From contig NZ_CP089976.1 in assembly GCF_022701215.1 (NCBI RefSeq), positions 750,001 through 782,000 on the forward strand: a DNA stretch of 32,000 nt. Reading direction: 5' to 3'. The stretch is from Moraxella nasovis (lineage in GTDB: Bacteria > Pseudomonadota > Gammaproteobacteria > Pseudomonadales > Moraxellaceae). This document shows positions 8,136 through 16,928 of this stretch, piece after piece. Positions within the stretch are counted from its first letter, which is position 1. Every line of letters starts with the position of its first letter. The notes under the pieces are model-generated. The model was not told the DNA's origin and ran no database searches. It worked only from the letters and a program-made list of their open reading frames with translations. The translations under genes were made by a program, and so were the position numbers.

Positions 8136-10070
8136 TTATTCGTCAGTGGCAGTATCATCTTTGCCAGCTTCAATGGGTGCAACAAGCAATTTTGGACGTT
8201 CAGGTCTAAAAGTTGCTTTGGCTGTACCAAGCACTTCATTAATCAGCTCATTATTATAATGCACGCCAACAGCCACAGATGCTAATGGCAAAATCGCACC
8301 AAGCAAACCGTTATTTAGCTTATCTAAATTGACAAACTGTGCTAGGTCATCTAATTGCTTAGTATAAAGCTGTGCTGATGAAAACTGACTACCCACTTTC
8401 TTAAGCTCAGTTGCCACATCAGTCTGGTCAGCATGGCTAATCACACTTTTTGCTAACGCCAACGCTGTCAATATGATTTGCTTTTCTTGAAGTTTTTCAA
8501 GACCTGCACCAGACAATACGCCATAGGCTAATTTTGCACCATCTCGGCCAGTTAATGGCTTGTCATAGATAGCAGCAATTTGATATACCGACTTCAATGA
8601 CACAAGTAATAGCCAAGCACTATCTAGGATAACACCGATTAAACCTGCCACTCCAGTCGCACCGCCAAGTGCCGCTAAAGCACGGTTTTGGTTAGCGATT
8701 TCGTGAGCAAAATCATCACGTTCACGATCGGTCAGCTGTCCTAGACGATGAAAACGACTGTCTTTTGATAAATCTTTAGTTGCCCAAGAACCTGCCCAAT
8801 CAGCCAGCTTGTCAAATATACTTTGTGCTAAACGGTCAAATTTAGATTGTGGCACAACTTTCGTAACCAGCTTTTGGGCTGTAGCAACTTTAGAGCCGAA
8901 CAACTGCCCTGCAATATGCGTACCTTGCTTATAAAATGCACTGTCTTTAAATTCATGCTGATTTAAGTCGATGCCTTGATATGCTTCTTTTTGGTCTACA
9001 CCATACAGACCACCTAAGTAAGCACCAAGCTTCGTTAGATTAAATGCAAAGCCTGATTTACCTTCCTGCTCATAAGCTGCTGCCGACTCGCTCGCCTTCT
9101 GGGCGGCATTTTGAACATCATCTTGTAACTTTTTAGCGTCATCTTGCAGACCTTGGATAGCTGATTTGGCTTGTTCTACATACTCAGTAGCATGCGTTTT
9201 TTCATCAAGTTGCTGCAAAGCATCCTTAGCAGACTCTTTGCCGCTTTCTAGCTGGTCATCTGCTTGACTTTTTAGGTCATCAAGCTTAGTTTTGGCAGTT
9301 TCTAGCACATTGTCAAACGCAGCTTTGGCTTCGTCTTTTACATTGACTAAACGTTCTTTAGCTTCGGTTGTGCTGTCTTTTAGGCGTTGCACCGCTTCAG
9401 TTTTTAGTTCATCAGCTTTTGCCAAGGCATCTTTAGCAAAGCCTTTGCCTTGCTCTGTCAAATCATCTGCCTTTTGGGCTAGCTCGTCTTTTTTATCTGT
9501 GATGGCTTCAGCTGCCTGCTGTTTGATTTCGTCAAGTTTCTCAACGCCTTCTTCAACTTTTGCCTTACCACTGTCAAGCACTTCTTGAGCCGTGTTTTTA
9601 GTGTTAGTAGCAGCATCTTGAACGGCTTGCTTGGCAGTATCAGCAGCTTGCTTGGCATCTGCCTTAACATTTTCTACAGCATCTTCGGCTTTTTGAGCAA
9701 CGTCTTTAGCTTTTTGTTTTGCCTGATCGGCAGTATCTTTAACCGTATCCTTAACAGATTCTTTAGCACCATCAAGAGCATCTTTTGCGTCTTTTGCGAC
9801 ATCTTTAGCCGATTGCTTAGCATCTGCTTTGGTGTTATCTAAGGTTTCTTTAGCGGTTTGTTTAGCGTCTTTAGCAGTCTGTTTCACCGCTTCTTTAGCA
9901 TCTTGTGACCCTGACGTTTGGTCATTATCTTGGCTTGCGGTATTTTTTACCACAAATACGTCCTGAACTGCTTTATTTTCAATATCCACTTCTGCGATTA
10001 CGTCGATATTCTCGTCGTTTTGTAAGCTTTGGGCGAAATCTTGATCGGTATTTTTTGTGTTTGACATCAT
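8136..10070 (-). CDS. Two-part protein: about 26 eleven-residue K/A/D/Q-rich amphipathic repeats (LEA group 3 / apolipoprotein-like) fused to a C-terminal EcsC-like domain
   Basis: The repeats keep an 11-residue register from about aa 61 to 346 (AKEAVKQTAKD AKQTAKETLDN TKADAKQSAKD VAKDAKDALDG ...). The C-terminal part matches the EcsC pattern as I remember it (ALAALGGATGVAGLIGVILDSAWLLLVSLKSVYQIAAIYDKP ... LPLASVAVGVHYNNELINEV). The track start at 10079 is a TTG that lies inside the SD (ATTGGAGAACATGATG). The true start is the ATG at 10070 or 10067. Confidence 0.8.
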   Translation of the reverse strand: MMSNTKNTDQDFAQSLQNDENIDVIAEVDIENKAVQDVFVVKNTASQDNDQTSGSQDAKEAVKQTAKDAKQTAKETLDNTKADAKQSAKDVAKDAKDALDGAKESVKDTVKDTADQAKQKAKDVAQKAEDAVENVKADAKQAADTAKQAVQDAATNTKNTAQEVLDSGKAKVEEGVEKLDEIKQQAAEAITDKKDELAQKADDLTEQGKGFAKDALAKADELKTEAVQRLKDSTTEAKERLVNVKDEAKAAFDNVLETAKTKLDDLKSQADDQLESGKESAKDALQQLDEKTHATEYVEQAKSAIQGLQDDAKKLQDDVQNAAQKASESAAAYEQEGKSGFAFNLTKLGAYLGGLYGVDQKEAYQGIDLNQHEFKDSAFYKQGTHIAGQLFGSKVATAQKLVTKVVPQSKFDRLAQSIFDKLADWAGSWATKDLSKDSRFHRLGQLTDRERDDFAHEIANQNRALAALGGATGVAGLIGVILDSAWLLLVSLKSVYQIAAIYDKPLTGRDGAKLAYGVLSGAGLEKLQEKQIILTALALAKSVISHADQTDVATELKKVGSQFSSAQLYTKQLDDLAQFVNLDKLNNGLLGAILPLASVAVGVHYNNELINEVLGTAKATFRPERPKLLVAPIEAGKDDTATDE

Positions 10071-10204
10071 GTTCTCCAATTAATATTGCCAGACATCCTA
10101 GCCTATCATATTCTATAGGTTCTTACCAGCTATATTTACCATAAAATGATAATCACTACCATTGTAAGCTAAAAATGTAACAATTTATACACCGTTTATA
10201 CATG

Positions 10205-10228
10205 ATTGCTTAAATTATTGCTTAAATT
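10205..10228. repeat. Perfect tandem duplication of the 12-mer ATTGCTTAAATT in the divergent control region
   Basis: Read directly: 10205-10216 equals 10217-10228. The nearby direct repeat TTTATACA-N3-TTTATACA lies at about 10185-10204. Confidence 0.8.
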
Positions 10229-10235
10229 TTTTGAG

Positions 10236-10245
10236 TAAACGTTTA
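10236..10245. promoter_or_regulatory. 10-bp perfect palindrome TAAACGTTTA upstream of fabB; candidate operator
   Basis: Read directly, about 75-85 nt upstream of the fabB start. No regulator is assigned. Confidence 0.2.
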
Positions 10246-10318
10246 AAATTTCCCCTTTTTTATAAGATAATTTGTTACAATATTAAGATACAACTGTAAA
10301 CACAACATGGACTTTATT

Positions 10319-11551
10319 ATGAAAAGAGTGGTCATCACAGGTGCAGGCATCGTCTCATGCATTGGCAATGATTTAGGCAGTGTTAAGCAATCCTTAATTG
10401 AAGGAAAATCTGGCATCCGCTTTAACGAAAGCTATGCTAATCATGGCTTTAAGTCATGCGTATCAGGCAGTATTGATAAAGATACCTTAGACATGACAGG
10501 CATTGACCGTAAGCTAAAACGCTTTATGAGTGATGCCAGTCTATATGCCTACATCAGTGCCCTACAAGCCATTCAACATGCAGGCTTATCCCTAGAAGAA
10601 GTTGGTAATAACCCACGAGTTGCTGTCGTGGCAGGCTCTGGTGGAGCATCGACATCTGACGTGGTGGGTGCAGTTGATGCGATGCGTGAAAAAGGCTTGC
10701 GTGGCGTAGGGGCTATGGCTGTGCCAAAAATCATGAGCAGTACCGTCTCAGCGGCTTTAGCAACAGGGCTAAAAATTCAAGGCATTAGTTACTCTGTGTC
10801 TAGTGCCTGTGCCACTTCAAGCCACTGTATCGGCAATGCTATGGAACTAATTGCACTTGGTAAAGCAGATATCGTACTGGCAGGCGGCGCAGAAAGCGAG
10901 CATTGGACCCAGTCTTGTATGTTTGATGCGATGGGTGCGATGAGTACGCAGTATAACGATACCCCGCAGACAGCCAGTCGCCCTTATGACTCAACACGTG
11001 ACGGCTTTATCATCGCAGGGGGTGGCGGTATGGTTGTCGTTGAAAGCCTAGAACACGCCCAAGCTCGTGGGGCGACCATCTTAGCTGAAGTGGTCGGCTA
11101 CGGAGCAACGTCTGACGGGGCAGAAATGGTCGCACCAAGCGGTGAGGGTGCAACTCGCTGTATGAAGATTGCTCTAACACAAGCAGGGCTTGATACCGTA
11201 GATTATATTAATAGCCACGGCACAAGTACGCCACTTGGTGATGTCACCGAGCTTAACGCCATCGCCGATGTCTTTGGCGGTGCAGATAAAACCCCGCCGA
11301 TAAGCTCAACCAAATCCATGACAGGGCATAGCTTGGGAGCTGTGGGTGTTCAAGAATTCATTTATTGCTTACTTATGCTAAACAATGACTTCATCGCTCC
11401 AAGCATCAACATTAAAGATATGGACGAAAATGCTACAAAATTCGACATCGTTACCCAGACTCGCGACACCAAGCTCAACAGCATTATGACAAATAGCTTT
11501 GGTTTTGGGGGGACAAATGCTGCCTTAGTCATTAAAAAATTCACCGACTAG
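10319..11551 (+). CDS. fabB: Beta-ketoacyl-ACP synthase I
   Basis: [17 protein letters not shown]... matches the E. coli FabB N-terminus. Active-site contexts [19 protein letters not shown] and GHSLGAVG are present. The alternative start at 10307 adds MDFI. Confidence 0.92.
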   Translation: MKRVVITGAGIVSCIGNDLGSVKQSLIEGKSGIRFNESYANHGFKSCVSGSIDKDTLDMTGIDRKLKRFMSDASLYAYISALQAIQHAGLSLEEVGNNPRVAVVAGSGGASTSDVVGAVDAMREKGLRGVGAMAVPKIMSSTVSAALATGLKIQGISYSVSSACATSSHCIGNAMELIALGKADIVLAGGAESEHWTQSCMFDAMGAMSTQYNDTPQTASRPYDSTRDGFIIAGGGGMVVVESLEHAQARGATILAEVVGYGATSDGAEMVAPSGEGATRCMKIALTQAGLDTVDYINSHGTSTPLGDVTELNAIADVFGGADKTPPISSTKSMTGHSLGAVGVQEFIYCLLMLNNDFIAPSINIKDMDENATKFDIVTQTRDTKLNSIMTNSFGFGGTNAALVIKKFTD

Positions 11552-11572
11552 CTCAATTAGTTCAAAGCTCCC

Positions 11573-11620
11573 AAGCCCTAACTATAATCCAAGCGATTAC
11601 ATTTAGGGCTTTATGTTTTT
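11573..11620 (+). terminator. Terminator after fabB
   Basis: AAGCCCTAA (11573-11581) pairs with TTAGGGCTT (11603-11611), followed by TATGTTTTTGG. The 21-nt loop is long. Confidence 0.55.
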
Positions 11621-11671
11621 GGTAATTTTACTTTAAAATTTACCTTTTTTAAGCAAATTAAAGTTTACATC

Positions 11672-13096
11672 ATGCAAACCACTTTCATTCCAAGCACATT
11701 TAACCTTACAACATTAGCTGCTCTTTTTGCTCATGATGATATCTGCTGGCAAGTCTGCTTTTTACAAAATAACGGACACCCTGTCGTCGGCATCTTGCCA
11801 AAAACTGCGTGGAAAATTTACCCAAATGCTAAGCACGCCTGCCAACAAACTTCTCAAGCAGTGCCACTTTATATCAAAAAAGCCACCCGTCAAAGTGATA
11901 AAATCACAGAGTACAGCACCAATACAAGCTTTGGCAACCAAGCGACCCTAGAAGCACAGCTTATCAGCTATTATGAAGCTTATGCAAATCCCACAGATAT
12001 AAGCGATAGCCCAAAATACCACCACGGTCTGATGGGCTTTATGGGTTATGACCTCTCAGCAAACACCCTAAACCCAAACATTTGCCTTAAGCATGACCAA
12101 TTGGCGGGGTTTTTTGGGCATTATGATGTGATGATTACACAAGCAGATGATGGATTTTTGGTAAATTTTTGGGGTGATAATCAAGTGTTCTTTGATACAA
12201 TTTCTCAAAAAATTACTCAGCTTCTCACCAAAATACTACCGCCAAAAACCGCCATCGGCCTAAGCCCAAAATGGCAACGAAACGACTACCATACCGCCTT
12301 TTATAAAACCCAAGATTACTTACTGTCAGGCGATGCTTATCAAATTAACCTAACCCAGTGCTGGCAAGGCTTAGCGGATAATTTACACTTACATCTGCCA
12401 CATCTGCATCAAGCGATGAACGCACCTTTTTCAGGGTTTATGTGCATTGATGGATTTGAGCTATTATCGGTATCGCCTGAGCTGTTCTTTACTTTTTATC
12501 GTCAAAATAATGCTTGTCATATCACCACTAAGCCTATCAAAGGCACACGCCCACGCCACAACAACCAAGCGACAGATGAACGTCTAAAAGCAGAATTAGC
12601 AAGTAGCGAAAAAGACATCAGCGAAAACTTAATGATTGTCGATTTATTGCGTAACGATTTGGGTAAATATGCAAAAGTCGGACAGGTTAAGACACCGATT
12701 AAATTTGCCATTGAAAGCTTTACAAACGTTCATCACATGGTCAGCACCATCACCGCCGTCCTAAAACCTGATAGCCACCCTATCAGTGTTTTGCTAGGCA
12801 GTCTACCTGCAGGCTCTATCACAGGTGCTCCCAAAAAACGGGCTTGTGAGATTATCCATGAGCTAGAAAGCACACAGCGTGGTGCTTATTGTGGCACATT
12901 AGGTTATCTAAATTTTGATGGCACAGGTCAATGGAACGTGCTTATTCGCACACTTCAAAGCTTTCAAGGAGTGGTTGAGCTTTGGGCAGGTGGTGGCATC
13001 ACCATTTGCTCAGACGTCAATGCTGAATACCAAGAATGTTTTGATAAAGTGGGTAAAATCATTGATTTATTAAAGCATGAATCGTTTAACACTTAA
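11672..13096 (+). CDS. pabB: Aminodeoxychorismate synthase component I
   Basis: Chorismate-binding family motifs: SGDAYQINLTQ, ENLMIVDLLRNDLG, GSITGAPK and RGAYCGTLGY. PIKGTRPR carries the Lys typical of PabB, where TrpE has PIAGT. Confidence 0.85.
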   Translation: MQTTFIPSTFNLTTLAALFAHDDICWQVCFLQNNGHPVVGILPKTAWKIYPNAKHACQQTSQAVPLYIKKATRQSDKITEYSTNTSFGNQATLEAQLISYYEAYANPTDISDSPKYHHGLMGFMGYDLSANTLNPNICLKHDQLAGFFGHYDVMITQADDGFLVNFWGDNQVFFDTISQKITQLLTKILPPKTAIGLSPKWQRNDYHTAFYKTQDYLLSGDAYQINLTQCWQGLADNLHLHLPHLHQAMNAPFSGFMCIDGFELLSVSPELFFTFYRQNNACHITTKPIKGTRPRHNNQATDERLKAELASSEKDISENLMIVDLLRNDLGKYAKVGQVKTPIKFAIESFTNVHHMVSTITAVLKPDSHPISVLLGSLPAGSITGAPKKRACEIIHELESTQRGAYCGTLGYLNFDGTGQWNVLIRTLQSFQGVVELWAGGGITICSDVNAEYQECFDKVGKIIDLLKHESFNT

Positions 13097-13114
13097 GTTA
13101 AATACGCCGATAAT

Positions 13115-13153
13115 AAAACGAGTGCAATCATAACCGATAACGCACTCGTTTTT
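13115..13153. terminator. Bidirectional terminator between the convergent pabB and aminopeptidase genes
   Basis: AAAACGAGTGC (13115-13125) pairs with GCACTCGTTTT (13142-13152), a perfect 11-bp stem flanked by A and T runs. Confidence 0.8.
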
Positions 13154-13178
13154 CATTTAATCAATGATAAAAGATCAT

Positions 13179-14981
13179 CTAAATTGCTTTAGTGCGTTCT
13201 ATAAGCCACGCTTTGGCATCGCCATCAACCAACCCGCTTAATTCATCACGAACCTTTTGGTGGTAGTCATTTAACCAATCTTTTTCTTCTTGGGTTAAAA
13301 GATTTGATAAAATCAAACGAGTATCAAAAGGACAAAGCGTTAGATTCTCAAACTTTAAAAACTCGCCGTATTCCGTCTGGCACGCTGGCACGCACAACAC
13401 AAGATTTTCTAATCGCACGCCCCATTGACCTGTGCGGTACAGACCAGGCTCATTACTGGTTATCATGCCTTTAACCATAATGCGTTCAGGGGTGGGTGCT
13501 GCAGTCCTACTAATAACTTGTGGACCTTCGTGAACATTCATAAAATAACCCACGCCATGCCCTGTGCCATGACCATAGTCTAAGCCATGTTGCCAAAGCT
13601 GATTTCTGGCTAAAACATCCAGCTGCATTGAAGGAATGTTAGCAGGGAAATGTGCCTTTGCCAAAGCAATATGAGCCTTTAGCACATAAGTAATGTCTTT
13701 TTTTTCTTCATCTGAAATACAGCCTACCGCCGCCATGCGAGTGATGTCGGTTGTACCATTTTCATACTGAGCCCCAGAATCTATCAGTAGTAATCCATCG
13801 CCATCTAAGTAACCAAAACTATCTTTGGTTGCCTTATAATGCACAACCGCTCCATTACTGCAAAATCCTGCGATCGTATCAAAGCTTGGGCTGACAAAAT
13901 AAGGCTGGCGACTGCGTGCTTCAAGCAGCATAGCATCAATATCAAGTTCGCTGACACGCTCGCCTGCTGCCAACTTATGCTCAAGCTTCACAAAAAATTC
14001 ACACAGTGCAGCACCGTCTGCTCTCATAGCATCCTTAATGTGGGCGATATCAGCATCTGACTTCACCGCCTTTAAGATGGTGCTTGGGTTTACCGCTTGA
14101 ATACGCTTTACTAAACTTGGCAGTTTTTCTATCGTGCTAACAGCCACCTTTGCAGGATCAAACAGCAAGGAGTCATCTAGCTTGGCAATCTTGGCTTGAA
14201 CATCATCATAATCTAATACATCAATGCCTGCACCATCTAAGGCGGCCTTAGCAGCATCATTTAGCTTATCTTGGTGGACAAACAATGTCACAGACTTATG
14301 CCCAATCAATAAATGTGCCAAAAACACAGGGTTAAAGCTGACGTCTGCCCCACGCAGATTGGTCAGCCAAGCAATATCATCCAAACTTGAGATAAGATGA
14401 TGGCTAGCACCTTTTGCAGTCATCTGCTCACGCACCTGTGCCAGCTTATCTTTGGCTGTCATATCCACAAACTTAGGCTGATGCTCATAAATCTTAGCAC
14501 AAGGCAAGCTTGGACGGTCTTGCCAAATTTTGGCCAAAAAATCACGATCCGTTAATAGCTTAATATCTTTGGTGGCAAATTTTTCATTTAAGTCATCATA
14601 CTCAGCCACCGACAGCACCGACCCATCAATGGCGACAGTAGCATTATTTGGTAAATTCTCTGCTAAAAACTTAGCAAACGAAGGCTTGCCTTGCTCCATT
14701 TTCATTAGGTCAATACCTGTACCTTTTAGCTGTTTTGGGGCTTGTACCCAATAACGGCTATCTGTCCACACGCCTGCAAAATTCTGCGTAACAACAAGCG
14801 TGCCAACTGAACCTGTAAAGCCTGACAGCCATGCACGTCCTTGGTAGTATTCGGGTAAATACTCTGACATGTGTGGATCATTTGATGGAATGATGATGGC
14901 ATCAATACCGTGCAACTTCATGACATCACGCAGCTGATGCAAGCGATCTGCATGGGGATTGATAAGATTAGAGTTACTCAT
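13179..14981 (-). CDS. Xaa-Pro aminopeptidase, M24B family, long 600-aa form
   Basis: Metal-ligand contexts HGTGHGVGYFMNVHEGP, SNEPGLY and ENLV, with a creatinase-like N-terminal region. Confidence 0.9.
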   Translation of the reverse strand: MSNSNLINPHADRLHQLRDVMKLHGIDAIIIPSNDPHMSEYLPEYYQGRAWLSGFTGSVGTLVVTQNFAGVWTDSRYWVQAPKQLKGTGIDLMKMEQGKPSFAKFLAENLPNNATVAIDGSVLSVAEYDDLNEKFATKDIKLLTDRDFLAKIWQDRPSLPCAKIYEHQPKFVDMTAKDKLAQVREQMTAKGASHHLISSLDDIAWLTNLRGADVSFNPVFLAHLLIGHKSVTLFVHQDKLNDAAKAALDGAGIDVLDYDDVQAKIAKLDDSLLFDPAKVAVSTIEKLPSLVKRIQAVNPSTILKAVKSDADIAHIKDAMRADGAALCEFFVKLEHKLAAGERVSELDIDAMLLEARSRQPYFVSPSFDTIAGFCSNGAVVHYKATKDSFGYLDGDGLLLIDSGAQYENGTTDITRMAAVGCISDEEKKDITYVLKAHIALAKAHFPANIPSMQLDVLARNQLWQHGLDYGHGTGHGVGYFMNVHEGPQVISRTAAPTPERIMVKGMITSNEPGLYRTGQWGVRLENLVLCVPACQTEYGEFLKFENLTLCPFDTRLILSNLLTQEEKDWLNDYHQKVRDELSGLVDGDAKAWLIERTKAI

Positions 14982-15015
14982 GATTTTTCCTTAGGATTAA
15001 AGTGTATTTATTGCC

Positions 15016-15044
15016 ATTCTACTTGCATTTTATAATAATGGCAA
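15016..15044 (-). promoter_or_regulatory. Candidate sigma70 promoter for the aminopeptidase gene
   Basis: On the minus strand, TTGCCA (15044-15039) is separated by 17 nt from TAGAAT (15021-15016). A T9 run lies immediately upstream and resembles an UP element. Confidence 0.45.
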
Positions 15045-15153
15045 AAAAAAATCGTCCGCCATCTATTTAGTCATCCTTATGATAACTTGTGTTGGCTACT
15101 AAAAGCCATAAAAAAAAGCAATAATCAATCATCGCTGTACTTTAGATTTTTCA

Positions 15154-15162
15154 TGCTATAAT
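15154..15162 (+). promoter_or_regulatory. Candidate extended -10 promoter (TGcTATAAT) for eptA
   Basis: TG at 15154-15155 and TATAAT at 15157-15162, 29 nt upstream of the ATG. The -35 is poor (GCTGTA). An A8 tract lies at 15110-15117. Confidence 0.35.
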
Positions 15163-15190
15163 ATTACAAAATTTTAGCCACGATACCACC

Positions 15191-16831
15191 ATGAGATACA
15201 CTCTTAACCGTCAGTCTTATCGCCGCTTTCGCCCTAAAATGTACTCTATATGGCTTTTTGGGCTAGTTTCATTATATTTTAGCCTATTAAACTTTCCCTT
15301 TTATCAAAAAGTCTTTAATATCGCTCATCATGAAGGTTCTGCGGGTGCTTTTTTATTTAGCCTGCCAGTATTTATCTTTGGCTTGCTATGGGCGATATTT
15401 AGCGTTATTGGCTTGCCAATCATCCATAAAATCATCATACCCATTTTGCTAACCATATCAGCAGCCATTAGCTATCAATCGCTATTTTTTGGGGTGTATT
15501 TTGATTATGATATGCTGACCAACGTCTTACAGACCACGCCAGCTGAGAGCAGTAGACTAATAACCTTACCCTACTTGGCGTGGATTGTTATCTTTGGTAT
15601 CGTGCCAAGCGTTTTGTACCTAAAAACAAAAATCATCTACCGCCCAATCATCAAAGAAATCGCCTTTCGTCTGCTGGCGATCTGCATTGGCATAGGTTTG
15701 ACTGGATTGATCGCTGCATTATTTTACCAAGACTATGCGTCATTTTTTAGAAATCACCGAGAAACTAAAAATCTCATCGTTCCAAGCAACTTCATCGCAA
15801 CAGGTGTCAAGCATTATAAAATACGCCGAAATGCCAATCGCCCTTTTGAGACCATCGGACTAGATGCCAAATTACAAAAAACGGACGACCTTAGAAACGT
15901 CACCGTGCTGGTCGTGGGCGAAACGACACGGGCTGCCAACTGGGGGCTTAGTGGCTACGCTCGCCAAACCACACCAAAGCTTGCCGCAAGAGATGATGTC
16001 ATTAACTTTAAAAACACCATCAGCTGTGGTACGTCTACCGCCTATTCTGTGCCATGTATGTTCTCGCACCTACCAAAAGATAGCTTTAATATAGGTGATG
16101 CCCCTTTTACTGATAATCTTATGGACATCATGCAACGAGCGGGTATTTATGCCAACTGGCAAGATAACGATTCTGGCTGCAAAGACGTCTGTAACCGCAT
16201 CCCCAATGACAATGTCACCGCCTTAAACATCGATGGGCTATGCCACGATGGCGAATGCCAAGATGAGATTTTATTTCATAACTTAGACGATATCATGGGT
16301 CGTACAGATAAGGACACCGTCATTGTGCTACATACCATTGGCAGCCACGGTCCGACCTATTTTGAACGCTATCCAAAAGAGTTTAATAAATTCACACCGA
16401 CTTGCAAAACCAGTAAAATCAACACTTGCAATAATGAAGAATTGGTGAACACTTATGATAACACCATCTTATATGTTGATTACATCTTAGATAAAGCCAT
16501 CAACTACTTACAAGCTCAAGACGGCATCAAATCAAGCTTAATCTACGTCTCGGACCACGGTGAATCGCTTGGCGAAAATGGCATCTACCTGCACGGCACA
16601 CCTTATGCAGTCGCACCAGAACATCAGACGCATGTACCGATGATATTTTGGGCAAATGACGCGTTTTATCAATCAAAAAGGATAGATAAGCACTGCCTAA
16701 AAACCATCAGTGATGAGCAGCATTTTTCTCATGACAACTTCTACCATACTGTGATTGGCATGAGTGATATGGACAAATCGTTCTCACTGTATGATAAAAA
16801 ACTTGACATCATCGCCATGTGCCAAAAATAG
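15191..16831 (+). CDS. eptA: Phosphoethanolamine-lipid A transferase, EptA/MCR family
   Basis: The N-terminal domain is multi-TM and the C-terminal domain is sulfatase-like. Motifs include VVGETTRA, SCGTSTAYSVPCMF and YVSDHGESLGENGIYLHG. Blocks such as TTPAESSRL, ALFYQDYASFFRN, DNDSGCKDVCNRIPNDNVTALN and LHTIGSHGPTYFERYPKEFNKFTPTC track E. coli EptA, as I recall it, more closely than MCR-1. Confidence 0.92.
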   Translation: MRYTLNRQSYRRFRPKMYSIWLFGLVSLYFSLLNFPFYQKVFNIAHHEGSAGAFLFSLPVFIFGLLWAIFSVIGLPIIHKIIIPILLTISAAISYQSLFFGVYFDYDMLTNVLQTTPAESSRLITLPYLAWIVIFGIVPSVLYLKTKIIYRPIIKEIAFRLLAICIGIGLTGLIAALFYQDYASFFRNHRETKNLIVPSNFIATGVKHYKIRRNANRPFETIGLDAKLQKTDDLRNVTVLVVGETTRAANWGLSGYARQTTPKLAARDDVINFKNTISCGTSTAYSVPCMFSHLPKDSFNIGDAPFTDNLMDIMQRAGIYANWQDNDSGCKDVCNRIPNDNVTALNIDGLCHDGECQDEILFHNLDDIMGRTDKDTVIVLHTIGSHGPTYFERYPKEFNKFTPTCKTSKINTCNNEELVNTYDNTILYVDYILDKAINYLQAQDGIKSSLIYVSDHGESLGENGIYLHGTPYAVAPEHQTHVPMIFWANDAFYQSKRIDKHCLKTISDEQHFSHDNFYHTVIGMSDMDKSFSLYDKKLDIIAMCQK

Positions 16832-16871
16832 ACACATGGCAGTCAACCGATTAGCCAAACTTTAAAATATT

Positions 16872-16901
16872 TTGCCAAAGTCTAGCTGATTAAGGTATCA
16901 T
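16872..16901 (+). promoter_or_regulatory. Candidate sigma70 promoter for pgsA
   Basis: TTGCCA (16872-16877) is separated by 18 nt from TATCAT (16896-16901). Confidence 0.35.
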
Positions 16902-16928
16902 ATGGTAATTTTTTGATTTCACCCCATC

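Noticed and set aside
10319-13096. The fabB-pabB adjacency as a functional operon.
   Set aside because: A hairpin with a T-run (11573-11620) and a 120-nt spacer separate the two genes, and no pathway logic links them. Only the shared upstream motif was kept, as a low-interest note.
15043-15117. The A9 (15043-15051) and A8 (15110-15117) tracts in the pepP/eptA divergent region as phase-variation switches.
   Set aside because: Both tracts lie outside the -35/-10 spacers of the promoters I can see. The T9 abuts the -35 of the aminopeptidase promoter, and the A8 lies about 40-50 nt upstream of the eptA -10. Length changes would not alter hexamer spacing. They fit better as UP-element-like A-tracts.
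15191-16831. The eptA-like gene as a mobilised mcr cassette.
   Set aside because: There are no ISApl1-like or other IS ends, no inverted repeats, no pap2 gene and no compositional break. By eye the sequence blocks resemble chromosomal EptA more than MCR-1.
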